The position numbers and the translations under genes are program-made. DNA of 64,000 bases from a virus, in the IMG/VR virus record IMGVR_UViG_3300010396_000045, positions 1 through 64,000 of that record, one strand, 5' to 3'. Shown here in pieces: positions 45,587 through 53,713 of this stretch (the stretch's first letter is position 1; every line of letters begins with the position of its first letter). The notes below the pieces were generated by a model. That model saw only the letters and a program-made list of their open reading frames with translations, was not told the origin of the DNA and ran no database searches.

Positions 45587-46768
45587 TCATGGTATGCTCA
45601 AAGAAACAGTTGCCGATGAAGCCTGCGCTGCCTCGTTGAAGGCTATGGGCACGTCGGCGGAAGCCGGCGCACCGCCGCCACGAGACATGAGAAGCGAAGT
45701 CAGGTTGAACGTCGTGTTGTCCGTCCCGGCGATCGAAAGCGCCGCCCAGATAACGTGGGTCAGGTAGACGTTCGTCCCGATGGGAACCGAGTTGATATAA
45801 TTGACTACGGCAGCAACGATCTCGTTACCTACCGTGCTCGTAAAGCCCTGCAACGCAGTCAAGTGGATGACGACCGTGATCTGAACGTCTGTCACCACGA
45901 AGAAGTTGTATGTGTGCGGGATGTTATATGCGTCCAGGACGATTTCGCTCGTCGTCCCGTAGGTTCCGGCTCCTGGCGTCTTATGGGCCGCAATAGCGTT
46001 CGCTATCTGCTGCGTATCGCCGCCCTCGACGACGAAGGACACCGAGTGAGAGGGTATCCCGTTGCTGTCCGTCAGAGACGTGTCGTTCTCGTAGACCCGA
46101 AGCCGGGTAACGCCGTTGACCGCAAAGACAGCGCCCGTCATGCCATCGATGGCCGTCACGCTCGGGAGCATGGTCGAGACCGTCTGGCGCGCCCTAAGAG
46201 CGGGATCGGACTCCAACGGAGCGCCGGCCAGAGCGGACTGTAGAAACGATGCCGACTGCCAGCCAAGGATAGGCGTTGCGATCGTCACTGGACCGGCAGG
46301 CGACGTTATAGCGCCTGCTACGGAGGCTGTAGCGGTTACAGTCGCTTGGCCCGTCGTATCAATGACAGTGACTGTCGGAAGCGTCCATTGGTTGCCGCTG
46401 CCGTCCCGGACTATGCCGTCGAGGATCACCGTCCCGGCCACACCAATGCACTGACAAAGTGCCGTGCTATTAGTCGGCAATTCTCGCGCTAGGCCATTGA
46501 TCTTGACGACGCTGCTAAGGCCTACGCCGACTGCGGTAGACGGCGAGTAGCTATTGTAGACAGCCGTAGCCATCGAGTTCGTGTCGTAGATAGCCTGGGC
46601 GAAGATGCCGAGGAGCTGACCGTCCTGCCCGTCGCTACCAAGATAAACGTCCGAGCCGAATATCCCCTGCACCTTGCCCTGCAAGTATGAGAGGATGTCC
46701 GTGAAGGCCGGACTGTGGATACCAGTATCATCCACATAGCAGGCGGTCGGGCTAGTCGTTCCGCTCAT
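45587..46768 (-). CDS. Baseplate J-like protein
   Basis: DGQLLGIFA, YNSYSPSTAVGVGLSSVVKINGL, ESDPALRARQ, VYENDT...GIPSHS...VEGG, KTPG.GTYG. Confidence 0.92.
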   Translation of the reverse strand: MSGTTSPTACYVDDTGIHSPAFTDILSYLQGKVQGIFGSDVYLGSDGQDGQLLGIFAQAIYDTNSMATAVYNSYSPSTAVGVGLSSVVKINGLARELPTNSTALCQCIGVAGTVILDGIVRDGSGNQWTLPTVTVIDTTGQATVTATASVAGAITSPAGPVTIATPILGWQSASFLQSALAGAPLESDPALRARQTVSTMLPSVTAIDGMTGAVFAVNGVTRLRVYENDTSLTDSNGIPSHSVSFVVEGGDTQQIANAIAAHKTPGAGTYGTTSEIVLDAYNIPHTYNFFVVTDVQITVVIHLTALQGFTSTVGNEIVAAVVNYINSVPIGTNVYLTHVIWAALSIAGTDNTTFNLTSLLMSRGGGAPASADVPIAFNEAAQASSATVSLSIP

Positions 46769-46771
46769 CCG

Positions 46772-49312
46772 TCACCCGACTTCGCCTGAGGTTATGACGA
46801 TCACGGCGTCCCATTGGTCGGTATTAGTGGGGTGAGTGAATTCAACGTCTATGCAACTATTCGCATTATCCCGCGCGATAGTGGCTCCTATCCCCGTTGT
46901 CGTCCCGACCGACCTAGTTCCATCCGGGTTTACGGTAGTAGTCACACCATCTAAGAGCGTGCTGGTAGACGTATGGGCAATAATATGTGGGCCGACACTT
47001 CCGCCGCCCCACATAGCCGCCCAACTGCTTCCCGGCGTTGTCTTGTCTGTGGCGACGAGCATAGCGGTGAAACCGTAAGCCCCATTGAGCGGCACGTTCA
47101 TGCAGTTCGCAGAACCCGCCGCATTGCCGTCCGATGTTAGCCTGATAGCGCCACCCGATGTGGTTCCCTTGCCGCGCAGGACGATCTTTCCCGTCTGGGC
47201 GTCGCCTTGTGTAGCAAAGTCCCCGCTTCCCCATACATCCGCTCCTATGCGACCATTGTCGCTAGTGAAGCCGCCACCAGCCCGACTATATTGGGTTCCG
47301 GTAATCTTATTACTCTGCCCCCCTCCTATGAAGGAGAAGCTAGAATTAACTGTCGAGTTGTTCTCTCCGCCGATGATAACGGAGGCGGTCCCGTTCGTTA
47401 CGCTCGTATTTAGCCCACCGATAGCGACCTCAAACGCGCCTGTGGCAGCACCGCCGCACAGTCCCATGATGATACTGTTTTGCCCCGGAGCGGCAGGGGA
47501 AAGATTGGTGCAGAATGATGAGCTATACCCACTCAGGTTAATGCCGCCATTATAAGTAGGAGGCGTTATGAATGGATATGGGTTGCCTATGAATGTATAA
47601 GAAGCGCTGGTCACACCTGGCGCGAAGTACGGCTCTGATACCCCGTTAATCGAGTCCACGCCGTCTATCTGGATATTATGCGGGGCACGAGGGACGACAA
47701 CCGTCCATGTATCTCCGGCACTGGCTGAGCCGGACCATGGGAACACCATGTCAGTAAATGAGAGGACGCCACTCGATACCGTTACCCCGGTCTGGCTGTT
47801 CCCCCCAGACGGAGCGGTTATATCAAAGGTGGTGGCATTCTCCGCTGTAACCGTATAAGTGCCGGTAACAGCTTTGGCGGTTATACCATAATCAAACTTG
47901 CAAGTGGTGCCGCTTGCCACAGAGCCATTGTCATATCCGGGCTCTACGGCAACTCCCGTGTCAGTGCTCAGACGCGCTATTGGCACGTAGTTGGGAACGC
48001 CGGAAATCGGGCCTCCGCAGGTGAACTGCATGTTCACACCCAGACCTGCAGTGGAGGCGAAGTAGATGTGTCGCCCGTCACCCTGTGCATTGGTCGTCAA
48101 TGTGATCGGCGTATCCGCGCCGCTACCCGCGTTGCCCGCTCCTGGAGTCAGGGTCGCCCCGGCCCTATAACCGAAAACGCTAATTGCCGTCCCGGCATGG
48201 TAAACCTGCTGGTTGGAATTAGCCAAGTTGCTTGACGTCCGGTTCCCGTTGGGCATTAGGTAGTTCGAGGGGGCGAACACGACCGGAGACCCAGTTCCTC
48301 CCGGCTGGCGCGTCGCCTCTAGGTCATAGATGAGGTTCGTGTCGCTGTTCCCAAAGACGATCCCATCCCCGTTCTGATACCATGCGCTTAAGTAATGCAC
48401 ACGGTTATAAGAGATGTTGTAGCTTGAGCTACTGTCTCCATTGAACAAGATCCCTGTCGGGGAATAGGCGCTGTTGGTCGAACGCGAGATGATCCATATG
48501 TCGTTGCTCTGCGTTCCAGGGGCGTCTGTCAGAGTTGGCTGGGTTGTCAGCAGCGCTCCGACCACTCTAGGTTCAGCAACACCAATCCTGATCTGGCTAT
48601 CCGATACGCTAGAGAACTTTGCACATATGTCGGCGAGAGACGCGCAGTCGAACACGATGTCGGTCACATCGGCAGAATACAGGGTCATTGTTCCGGACGG
48701 TTCAACGTCCAGCATAGTCCCATCAGCGGCTCCGATCCAAAGAAGCCGGGTCACTGACTGCCACCTGTTAAACTGGGTATTGTCTCGCTTATCGCCAATC
48801 CCCGCACCCTGAAGGTGGACGCCACGAGTATTCTGGGTGATCGTCGTCGCTAAGCCGAATAGGCCAGTCGGTATCATCACTGTGCGACCACCAAGCGCGA
48901 CAGCCTGGGCAATCGCCGCGTTGATGCACGGTCCTACGTCGTGCGTCGAATCCCAGGTACAAGAGCCATAGTCCACGGCCTGGATTACATCGTTTGCCCG
49001 GTCGGATGGAGACCTGGCTGTGCCGCCTCCAGTTGCGGTAAAGGTAGTGGACCCAAGACTTGTCGGCGATAGCGGGGTATATCCTAGAGACGATGTTATG
49101 ACGCTAGGCTGGAAACCAGGAGAACCACCGACTGCCCCGTTGATTGTTGGGGTATTAAGAGTCCCACTGTTTACATCTGTCTTGCTAGAGAAGTAGCCCT
49201 GCCAATCTGTGACCGACGGGATCTGGCCCTTCGTAAAGGAGGGAGCACTCTGCGCAAAAGCAGAGCCAGCCGTCAGTACGGCCCCGAACAGGGTAGCGAC
49301 GAGCACTTTCAT
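46772..49312 (-). CDS. Tailspike/depolymerase-like beta-helix protein
   Basis: VIQAVDYG...DVGPCINAAI...GGRTVMIPTG pectate-lyase-3-like start; later IIGGENN/IGGGQSN repeats; hydrophobic leader. Confidence 0.7.
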   Translation of the reverse strand: MKVLVATLFGAVLTAGSAFAQSAPSFTKGQIPSVTDWQGYFSSKTDVNSGTLNTPTINGAVGGSPGFQPSVITSSLGYTPLSPTSLGSTTFTATGGGTARSPSDRANDVIQAVDYGSCTWDSTHDVGPCINAAIAQAVALGGRTVMIPTGLFGLATTITQNTRGVHLQGAGIGDKRDNTQFNRWQSVTRLLWIGAADGTMLDVEPSGTMTLYSADVTDIVFDCASLADICAKFSSVSDSQIRIGVAEPRVVGALLTTQPTLTDAPGTQSNDIWIISRSTNSAYSPTGILFNGDSSSSYNISYNRVHYLSAWYQNGDGIVFGNSDTNLIYDLEATRQPGGTGSPVVFAPSNYLMPNGNRTSSNLANSNQQVYHAGTAISVFGYRAGATLTPGAGNAGSGADTPITLTTNAQGDGRHIYFASTAGLGVNMQFTCGGPISGVPNYVPIARLSTDTGVAVEPGYDNGSVASGTTCKFDYGITAKAVTGTYTVTAENATTFDITAPSGGNSQTGVTVSSGVLSFTDMVFPWSGSASAGDTWTVVVPRAPHNIQIDGVDSINGVSEPYFAPGVTSASYTFIGNPYPFITPPTYNGGINLSGYSSSFCTNLSPAAPGQNSIIMGLCGGAATGAFEVAIGGLNTSVTNGTASVIIGGENNSTVNSSFSFIGGGQSNKITGTQYSRAGGGFTSDNGRIGADVWGSGDFATQGDAQTGKIVLRGKGTTSGGAIRLTSDGNAAGSANCMNVPLNGAYGFTAMLVATDKTTPGSSWAAMWGGGSVGPHIIAHTSTSTLLDGVTTTVNPDGTRSVGTTTGIGATIARDNANSCIDVEFTHPTNTDQWDAVIVITSGEVG

Positions 49313-49803
49313 CCGAGGAAGTCCACCCCTATTCGCCCTGTGCCAATTGCAAAGTCTGTAGAAGGACTTGTCGGAGCGGTTCCGGTACCTGGAGGTGTGG
49401 GAGTTACCGTCTGCGCTCCGCCACCCGTCTGTGCAATGCCAGCGATCGGCAATAGCACATCAGAGACTGGCACTACTCCGTAGATCGTATCGAGAGACAC
49501 CGAGACGTTGAACGTCCGCGTGGCACGGTCGAGGCTGCTGCTATAGCTCAGGATGACGTTTACGCCAGGAGTCGTCAGGATCCGGTTGCGGATGACAGCG
49601 TCCCGCGTTGCCTGCGTATTACGCCCCAGGACGCCCGTAGGCCACGCGGTCCCGTCCGTAGTATCAAGGAACCACTCCCCACTCCATAGGGATAATCTCG
49701 TCTTTACAGCCTGCGCAACGGCGTCCGGCGTGTTGACGTAGAACGCGGAGATACCGCCGCCGAGGCTATAGTCTCCGCTTGCGTCGAGGGCTCTGTAGCG
49801 CAC
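49309..49803 (-). CDS. Baseplate wedge/sheath initiator (gp25/Mu gp46-like)
   Basis: RYRALDASGDY, AVAQAVKTRLSLWSGEWFLDTTDG, RILTTPGV, DTIYG. Confidence 0.88.
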   Translation of the reverse strand: MRYRALDASGDYSLGGGISAFYVNTPDAVAQAVKTRLSLWSGEWFLDTTDGTAWPTGVLGRNTQATRDAVIRNRILTTPGVNVILSYSSSLDRATRTFNVSVSLDTIYGVVPVSDVLLPIAGIAQTGGGAQTVTPTPPGTGTAPTSPSTDFAIGTGRIGVDFLG

Positions 49804-50140
49804 TCTTGCGTCGCTCCTGGATGTGGAGGAGTTCCTCCTCGGTCAGATCCTCGATCCGCTGCATTTGATTCGACGCTCTAGCGGTCGCTGCGATCAACTC
49901 ATCAAGCTTGAGCTGCATAGCAAGAGTGTCGCGGTTCTGGCTGTGCTGGAGGAGGAAGACCATAAGGAAGGTGATGATCGTCGTGACCGTGTTGGCGATA
50001 AGCTGCCAGGTGTCAGAAAAGTCGAATAGCTGCCCGGTAGCGAGCCACGCTATGACAAGTATAACCGCCGAGACGAAAGCGTAGGCATGGCCGCATTGCA
50101 CGGCCATCCACCGCGCTAGCCGTGCAAACTGCTCGTTCAT
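49766..50140 (-). CDS. Low-affinity iron permease (Fet4-like) family protein
   Basis: FSDTWQLIANTVTTIITFLMVFLLQHSQNRDTLAMQLKLDELI. Confidence 0.88.
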   Translation of the reverse strand: MNEQFARLARWMAVQCGHAYAFVSAVILVIAWLATGQLFDFSDTWQLIANTVTTIITFLMVFLLQHSQNRDTLAMQLKLDELIAATARASNQMQRIEDLTEEELLHIQERRKSALQSPRRKRRL

Positions 50141-50142
50141 TC

Positions 50143-50952
50143 CTAAGTCCCTGGAGTTGGTGGGACTGTCTGGGCGGCAGCCGGAACACCAGCTACGCCG
50201 TGCCTGTGAGTAGACAGCCCCACCTGGTCTGCCGTCCCAAAGCCGCCCGTTACCGTCCCGGTGATCTGCAAGTTGCCGTTGATCTTCACCAGAGGACAGT
50301 TAATCGTCATCAGGCTCGCGCTGTTGACAGTCACGGTAGGCGCAGTGACCGTAGCCGAATTGTTGGCCGTCACGGTCACGCTAGAAGCGCCGGTAATGTT
50401 GACGACGTTGTTCTGCGCGTCCGCCTCTATCGTTATCCCCTTGACGACCAGCCTGACCTTCTCGTTGTCGTTATCGACCTCGGCATAGATCGACCCGTCG
50501 CTCGTCCGGAGCTGCGCCGTCGTCGTCGAGAGGTTGCTGATCTTTGTGGCTTGAGACCAAGGCCCAGGTATCGCGAAGCCGTCCGACAAATCGTGCATTC
50601 GCAATTCTCGCTGCGTTTGCACTCCGCCTTGCTGCCACCAGTTGTCGATGCACCGGGAGCTGAAAACGATCAGGCATTCGTCCCCCTGCTGCACCGGAAA
50701 CGTCAGCGCATATTGCCCGCCCCGAGGAAAGATAACCGGGACGTCGGGAATGACAGGCATGACCTTCCATTCCTTCGTCTGGTCTGGCCCCGTATAGAGC
50801 GCGTGTAGCGCAGGCTGGACCTGTGCCGTTATCGTATCCGCATCGTAGCTGGTGATGATGCCGGGTAACGCGGTCCAAATGCCGGATTGTCTGCTCTGAA
50901 TAGCACTTTTAACCGCGCTCTGGGGGTTTTCGTAGCGTTCTCGGTCTTGCAT
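50143..50952 (-). CDS. Baseplate spike (Gp138/gpV-like)
   Basis: IWTALPGII, DVPVIFPRGG, GDECLIVFSSRCIDNWW, RMHDLSDGFAIPG, C-terminal HRH. Confidence 0.92.
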   Translation of the reverse strand: MQDRERYENPQSAVKSAIQSRQSGIWTALPGIITSYDADTITAQVQPALHALYTGPDQTKEWKVMPVIPDVPVIFPRGGQYALTFPVQQGDECLIVFSSRCIDNWWQQGGVQTQRELRMHDLSDGFAIPGPWSQATKISNLSTTTAQLRTSDGSIYAEVDNDNEKVRLVVKGITIEADAQNNVVNITGASSVTVTANNSATVTAPTVTVNSASLMTINCPLVKINGNLQITGTVTGGFGTADQVGLSTHRHGVAGVPAAAQTVPPTPGT

Positions 50953-52055
50953 TATAGAGGTGTCGTCCCCGGCGAAGGTCCTAACACAGCCGATGCAGAT
51001 AGAGGCGGAGGGGGAGGAACGTTGAGGTTAGCTTGCGGCGTGTTAGCCGTGGGATCTACCGATAACGCCGTAAGCCTAGTGTACCACTCGCCGCCTCGCG
51101 TATCACCGACGTGGCTCGCGTAGATCACGACATAGTCTCCGTCGCTATTCAGCGGAGGAACCCATGCTCCCTGGTTCCCAAAGGCAGCATTAGGAGAAGC
51201 CGCCCGTTGGTTTATCGTCGCATTAGCTGCCGCAAGGCGTAGCTGCGCAATCTCACTATTATTGAAGCGAACCCGCGCTCCCCAAACGACACTTGGGTTC
51301 AACAAGCACATCGCCTGTATTCCCGTTTCAGTCTGTTCCGGAGTTCCTATCTGGCCTGTGGCCGAATTTATGATTACTGCCTCTCCAGGACGGACAGAAA
51401 ACTTTGGGAGAACCTGGAGCTGGTTTTGATAAATGTTCCAAGTGCACGAATAGGAGTCAGCAAAATCGTCAAGATAATCGCGTGTTAGCCCATGCATTAC
51501 CTTACCACGAGGAGCCGGCTGGGCCTGCAAGCCATCGGGAGGGCCGCCATATGTTGCCTGCCACGGAGAAAGTGAATCGGCACAGTGTTGAAGAACATCC
51601 TCGCTCGTATAGCCTTTTGCTAGGCTCTTGGAGAGGAATCCGAAATTATGGGCCATATCTCCGTCAGCCGCAAAGATGTCGATGTATGTATCTACATTGG
51701 ACTCTTTGCCGGTACGGAGTTGATAGATGTAGCCCTGGAATAGTTGACCAAAGTTCTGCTGGTAGCCGGCCTTCAACACGACCTGCGCCGAAGTCTTCCT
51801 AGGAACTCCGACTATCGTCGCACCGTTCTGGCTTGCTAGACCTACAATCCTTTCCGTAGTGTTGGAACTCAGGTTATAAACTCTTGCATGTAGAGACGCG
51901 GGGGTATCTCTCGTCCAATAGTTGACAGTGAAACGAATCCTCAAGACATTCGGCTGGTCAGGACCCGCTAGCTCGATACCATTACCTTGCATGTCAGCAA
52001 CGACGAGGGAGCATGCTCGCAGCCACTGAGCAGCGCTACTTACTGTCTGGCTCAC
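50952..52055 (-). CDS. Baseplate hub protein
   Basis: QWLRACSLVV, RVYNLS, LKAGY...GQLFQG, AADGD, PRGKV, TGQIGTPEQT, GDTRGGEWY. Confidence 0.88.
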   Translation of the reverse strand: MSQTVSSAAQWLRACSLVVADMQGNGIELAGPDQPNVLRIRFTVNYWTRDTPASLHARVYNLSSNTTERIVGLASQNGATIVGVPRKTSAQVVLKAGYQQNFGQLFQGYIYQLRTGKESNVDTYIDIFAADGDMAHNFGFLSKSLAKGYTSEDVLQHCADSLSPWQATYGGPPDGLQAQPAPRGKVMHGLTRDYLDDFADSYSCTWNIYQNQLQVLPKFSVRPGEAVIINSATGQIGTPEQTETGIQAMCLLNPSVVWGARVRFNNSEIAQLRLAAANATINQRAASPNAAFGNQGAWVPPLNSDGDYVVIYASHVGDTRGGEWYTRLTALSVDPTANTPQANLNVPPPPPLSASAVLGPSPGTTPL

Positions 52056-52085
52056 TTGCTTCTTGCCGCCGTAAAGCTATATAAT
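52056..52085 (+). promoter_or_regulatory. Sigma70-like promoter for pentamer array 1
   Basis: TTGCTT (52056-52061), 18 nt spacer, TATAAT (52080-52085), just upstream of the 5' hairpin. Confidence 0.6.
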
Positions 52086-52091
52086 GAGGCA

Positions 52092-52230
52092 CGCTCCCCA
52101 GAGCGCATGGCTTGGTGTAGTCCGGTCAGGCGATGTATGGCGCGGTGGGGCTTGGAAGGGCAGTGTCAGGTATGGCACGGCTGGGTAAGGCAAGGAGAGC
52201 GGGGCTTAGGCTCCGCTCTATTTCTTTCTG
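52092..52230 (+). ncRNA. Candidate guide RNA 1: 5' hairpin, 17 GGY-NN pentamers (52109-52193), terminator hairpin
   Basis: GGCTT GGTGT AGTCC GGTCA GGCGA TGTAT GGCGC GGTGG GGCTT GGAAG GGCAG TGTCA GGTAT GGCAC GGCTG GGTAA GGCAA (13/17 exact GGY); flanked by CGCTC-CCCA-GAGCG and AGAGCGGGGC-TTAG-GCTCCGCTCT plus a U-rich tail. Confidence 0.8.
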
Positions 52231-52418
52231 TCCAGCCCGATCATCATGAGCCGACGAACTGCTTCTGGCCGGGTCGGCAAATCATCCTGAACTCGCCGCC
52301 AGTCATCCAACCGTACTAGCTGCGACCGCTCTAGCCGTACGTTGACCGCCTCGCTATCTACGCTTGGCCTGCCAATTTTCTTTGCCGATTTCTTAGCGCC
52401 GGATATTGACATGCCCAA
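52218..52418 (-). CDS. Ribbon-helix-helix regulator
   Basis: GRPSVDSEAVNVRL....LVRLDDWR......PTRPEAVRRL. Confidence 0.85.
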   Translation of the reverse strand: MGMSISGAKKSAKKIGRPSVDSEAVNVRLERSQLVRLDDWRRVQDDLPTRPEAVRRLMMIGLDRKK

Positions 52419-52445
52419 TACATAGCGCTATGCAATCTGCATAGC
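52406..52445 (+). promoter_or_regulatory. Promoter/operator between the RHH gene and the HNH-RAMP operon
   Basis: TTGACA at 52406-52411; perfect inverted repeat GCTATGCA-ATC-TGCATAGC at 52427-52445 over the expected -10. Confidence 0.6.
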
Positions 52446-52461
52446 AACACGGAATACATGA

Positions 52462-52887
52462 ATGCCGTGCCAGGGTCTAATCGGCGACTACTCATGCTCT
52501 GGCTGGCGCTCACTTGCTCAGCATATCCGAGAGCGCGACGGCAACCGATGCCGGGGCTGTAACCGGGGGCAGGAGACCATCGCGCTTGAGGTTCACCATC
52601 GGACCTACGGGACTCCGGGCCGCCCATGCGGAGCGTGTTATCTGACTGCCGTAGAAGACGACGACCTAGTTACCCTCTGCATTGAGTGCCACGAAGCGGT
52701 GACGAACGTGCGCCGGAAAGTGCGCTACGCCACCAGAAGCATAGAGATCGATACGATTGACCCTCCTGTGGCCGTAGTAGAGCCAGTCAGGAGGGTTCTG
52801 ATCGTTCCCGTCGAACTGGTTCCTCCTCCGGTAGCCGCCGGAGTCGTAGTCAGGCCTAAGAAGTTCAATCCATTCAGCGAAGGTTAA
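52462..52887 (+). CDS. Zn-finger HNH nuclease with Pro/Val-rich tail
   Basis: WRSLAQHIRERDGNRCRGC, LEVHHRTY, DLVTLCIECHE; ends 2 nt before the RAMP-like gene. Confidence 0.85.
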   Translation: MPCQGLIGDYSCSGWRSLAQHIRERDGNRCRGCNRGQETIALEVHHRTYGTPGRPCGACYLTAVEDDDLVTLCIECHEAVTNVRRKVRYATRSIEIDTIDPPVAVVEPVRRVLIVPVELVPPPVAAGVVVRPKKFNPFSEG

Positions 52888-52889
52888 GT

Positions 52890-53480
52890 ATGCACAAAAT
52901 ACTCAAGACACGTCTAATCTCTGTTGCGCCATTTATCATGCACAACGGTCAGACTGCCGATCCCCTAAACAAGTTCGCCAAGGCGATGAAGGAAATCAGC
53001 GGCAAGCGGAAGAAGACCGAGGCGGACTTCATTGAACTGGCCCGCATCGAGTACTTCGCCGGCCTTTACATCGATAAGGATGGCCCAATCATCCCATCCG
53101 TAATGCTAGAAGCTATGATTACGAAAGGCGCGGCAAAGGCCAAGAACAGTAAGCTAGCCGAGGCCGGAGTTATCGTCGACCAGCACGGTTACCTAGAATA
53201 CGACGGTCCTCGGACCCCGGAGGAACTTGTCGCTGACGATCGGTTCCGGCTGACAGTTCCTGTCCGCATCGGCCAACAGAAGGTCATCAGGACGCGCCCA
53301 ATCTTCCGGCAATGGGCGGCTGACATCGAGATCAAATACCTGGATGATATCATTAACGAACGCGACCTGCTTACCGCACTGCGGGCAGCGGGCACGTATG
53401 TCGGCATCGGTGACTGGCGCCCGCGCAACGGACGCTTCGCTCTCGCTGCCGATATGGCAGCCTTGAAAGAGGCGGCCTAG
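52890..53480 (+). CDS. Stand-alone Cas7/RAMP-like protein, candidate RNA-guided effector
   Basis: RAMP-like first strand TRLISVAPFIMHN, IIPSVMLEAMI helix, VIRTRPIF..W, C-terminal Gly-rich loop AGTYVGIGDWRPRNGRF; pentamer array begins at the base after the stop. Confidence 0.75.
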   Translation: MHKILKTRLISVAPFIMHNGQTADPLNKFAKAMKEISGKRKKTEADFIELARIEYFAGLYIDKDGPIIPSVMLEAMITKGAAKAKNSKLAEAGVIVDQHGYLEYDGPRTPEELVADDRFRLTVPVRIGQQKVIRTRPIFRQWAADIEIKYLDDIINERDLLTALRAAGTYVGIGDWRPRNGRFALAADMAALKEAA

Positions 53481-53605
53481 GGCTTGGTCAGGTCAGGCTC
53501 GGTATGGCTCGGCAGGGCAAGGCATAGTTGGGCAGTGTCCGGTCAGGCTTGGTATGGCTTGGTGAGGGCTTTCATAGCGGGGAGGAGGCGATACGTCGCC
53601 TTCTC
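53481..53605 (+). ncRNA. Candidate guide RNA 2: 17 GGY-NN pentamers (53481-53565) plus UACG-loop hairpin
   Basis: GGCTT GGTCA GGTCA GGCTC GGTAT GGCTC GGCAG GGCAA GGCAT AGTTG GGCAG TGTCC GGTCA GGCTT GGTAT GGCTT GGTGA (15/17 exact GGY); GAGGAGGCGA-TACG-TCGCCTTCTC at 53582-53605. Confidence 0.8.
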
Positions 53606-53607
53606 TT

Positions 53608-53701
53608 CGGTGCGAAAGTACCGCATGGTCGAGTACGGCCTGGTCAGGTGAGGCTGGCTATGGCGCGGTCTAGTCAGGTCCGGCGATGTTGGGTATGGCA
53701 G
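53608..53701 (+). ncRNA. Candidate guide RNA 3: GAAA-loop hairpin plus 15 GGY-NN pentamers (53627-53701)
   Basis: CGGTGC-GAAA-GTACCG CAT then GGTCG AGTAC GGCCT GGTCA GGTGA GGCTG GCTAT GGCGC GGTCT AGTCA GGTCC GGCGA TGTTG GGTAT GGCAG (11/15 exact GGY). Confidence 0.78.
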
Positions 53702-53713
53702 GGAAACTACTTT

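Noticed and set aside
37367-49312. Diversity-generating retroelement or invertible tail-fibre switch
   Set aside because: No reverse transcriptase, no adenine-specific repeat pair noticed, and the only recombinase is a non-catalytic fragment far away.
52109-53701. Pentamer tracts as a CRISPR array, simple microsatellite or G-quadruplex
   Set aside because: There are no long repeats with spacers. The NN positions are diverse rather than homogenised, lengths are similar and tracts are hairpin-associated. GG runs could form two-tier quadruplexes, but that would not explain strict phasing or AGT/TGT variants.
52109-53701. Self-targets of the decoded NN strings inside this window
   Set aside because: None spotted when comparing NN-x patterns with the ORF translations, but the check was by eye and not exhaustive, so no claim is made.
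53528-53713. N-terminal extension of the 190-aa ORF (53528-54100) and ORF 51987-52319
   Set aside because: Both read through the pentamer arrays. A period of 5 does not fit codon structure, and a signal peptide starts at ATG 53714.
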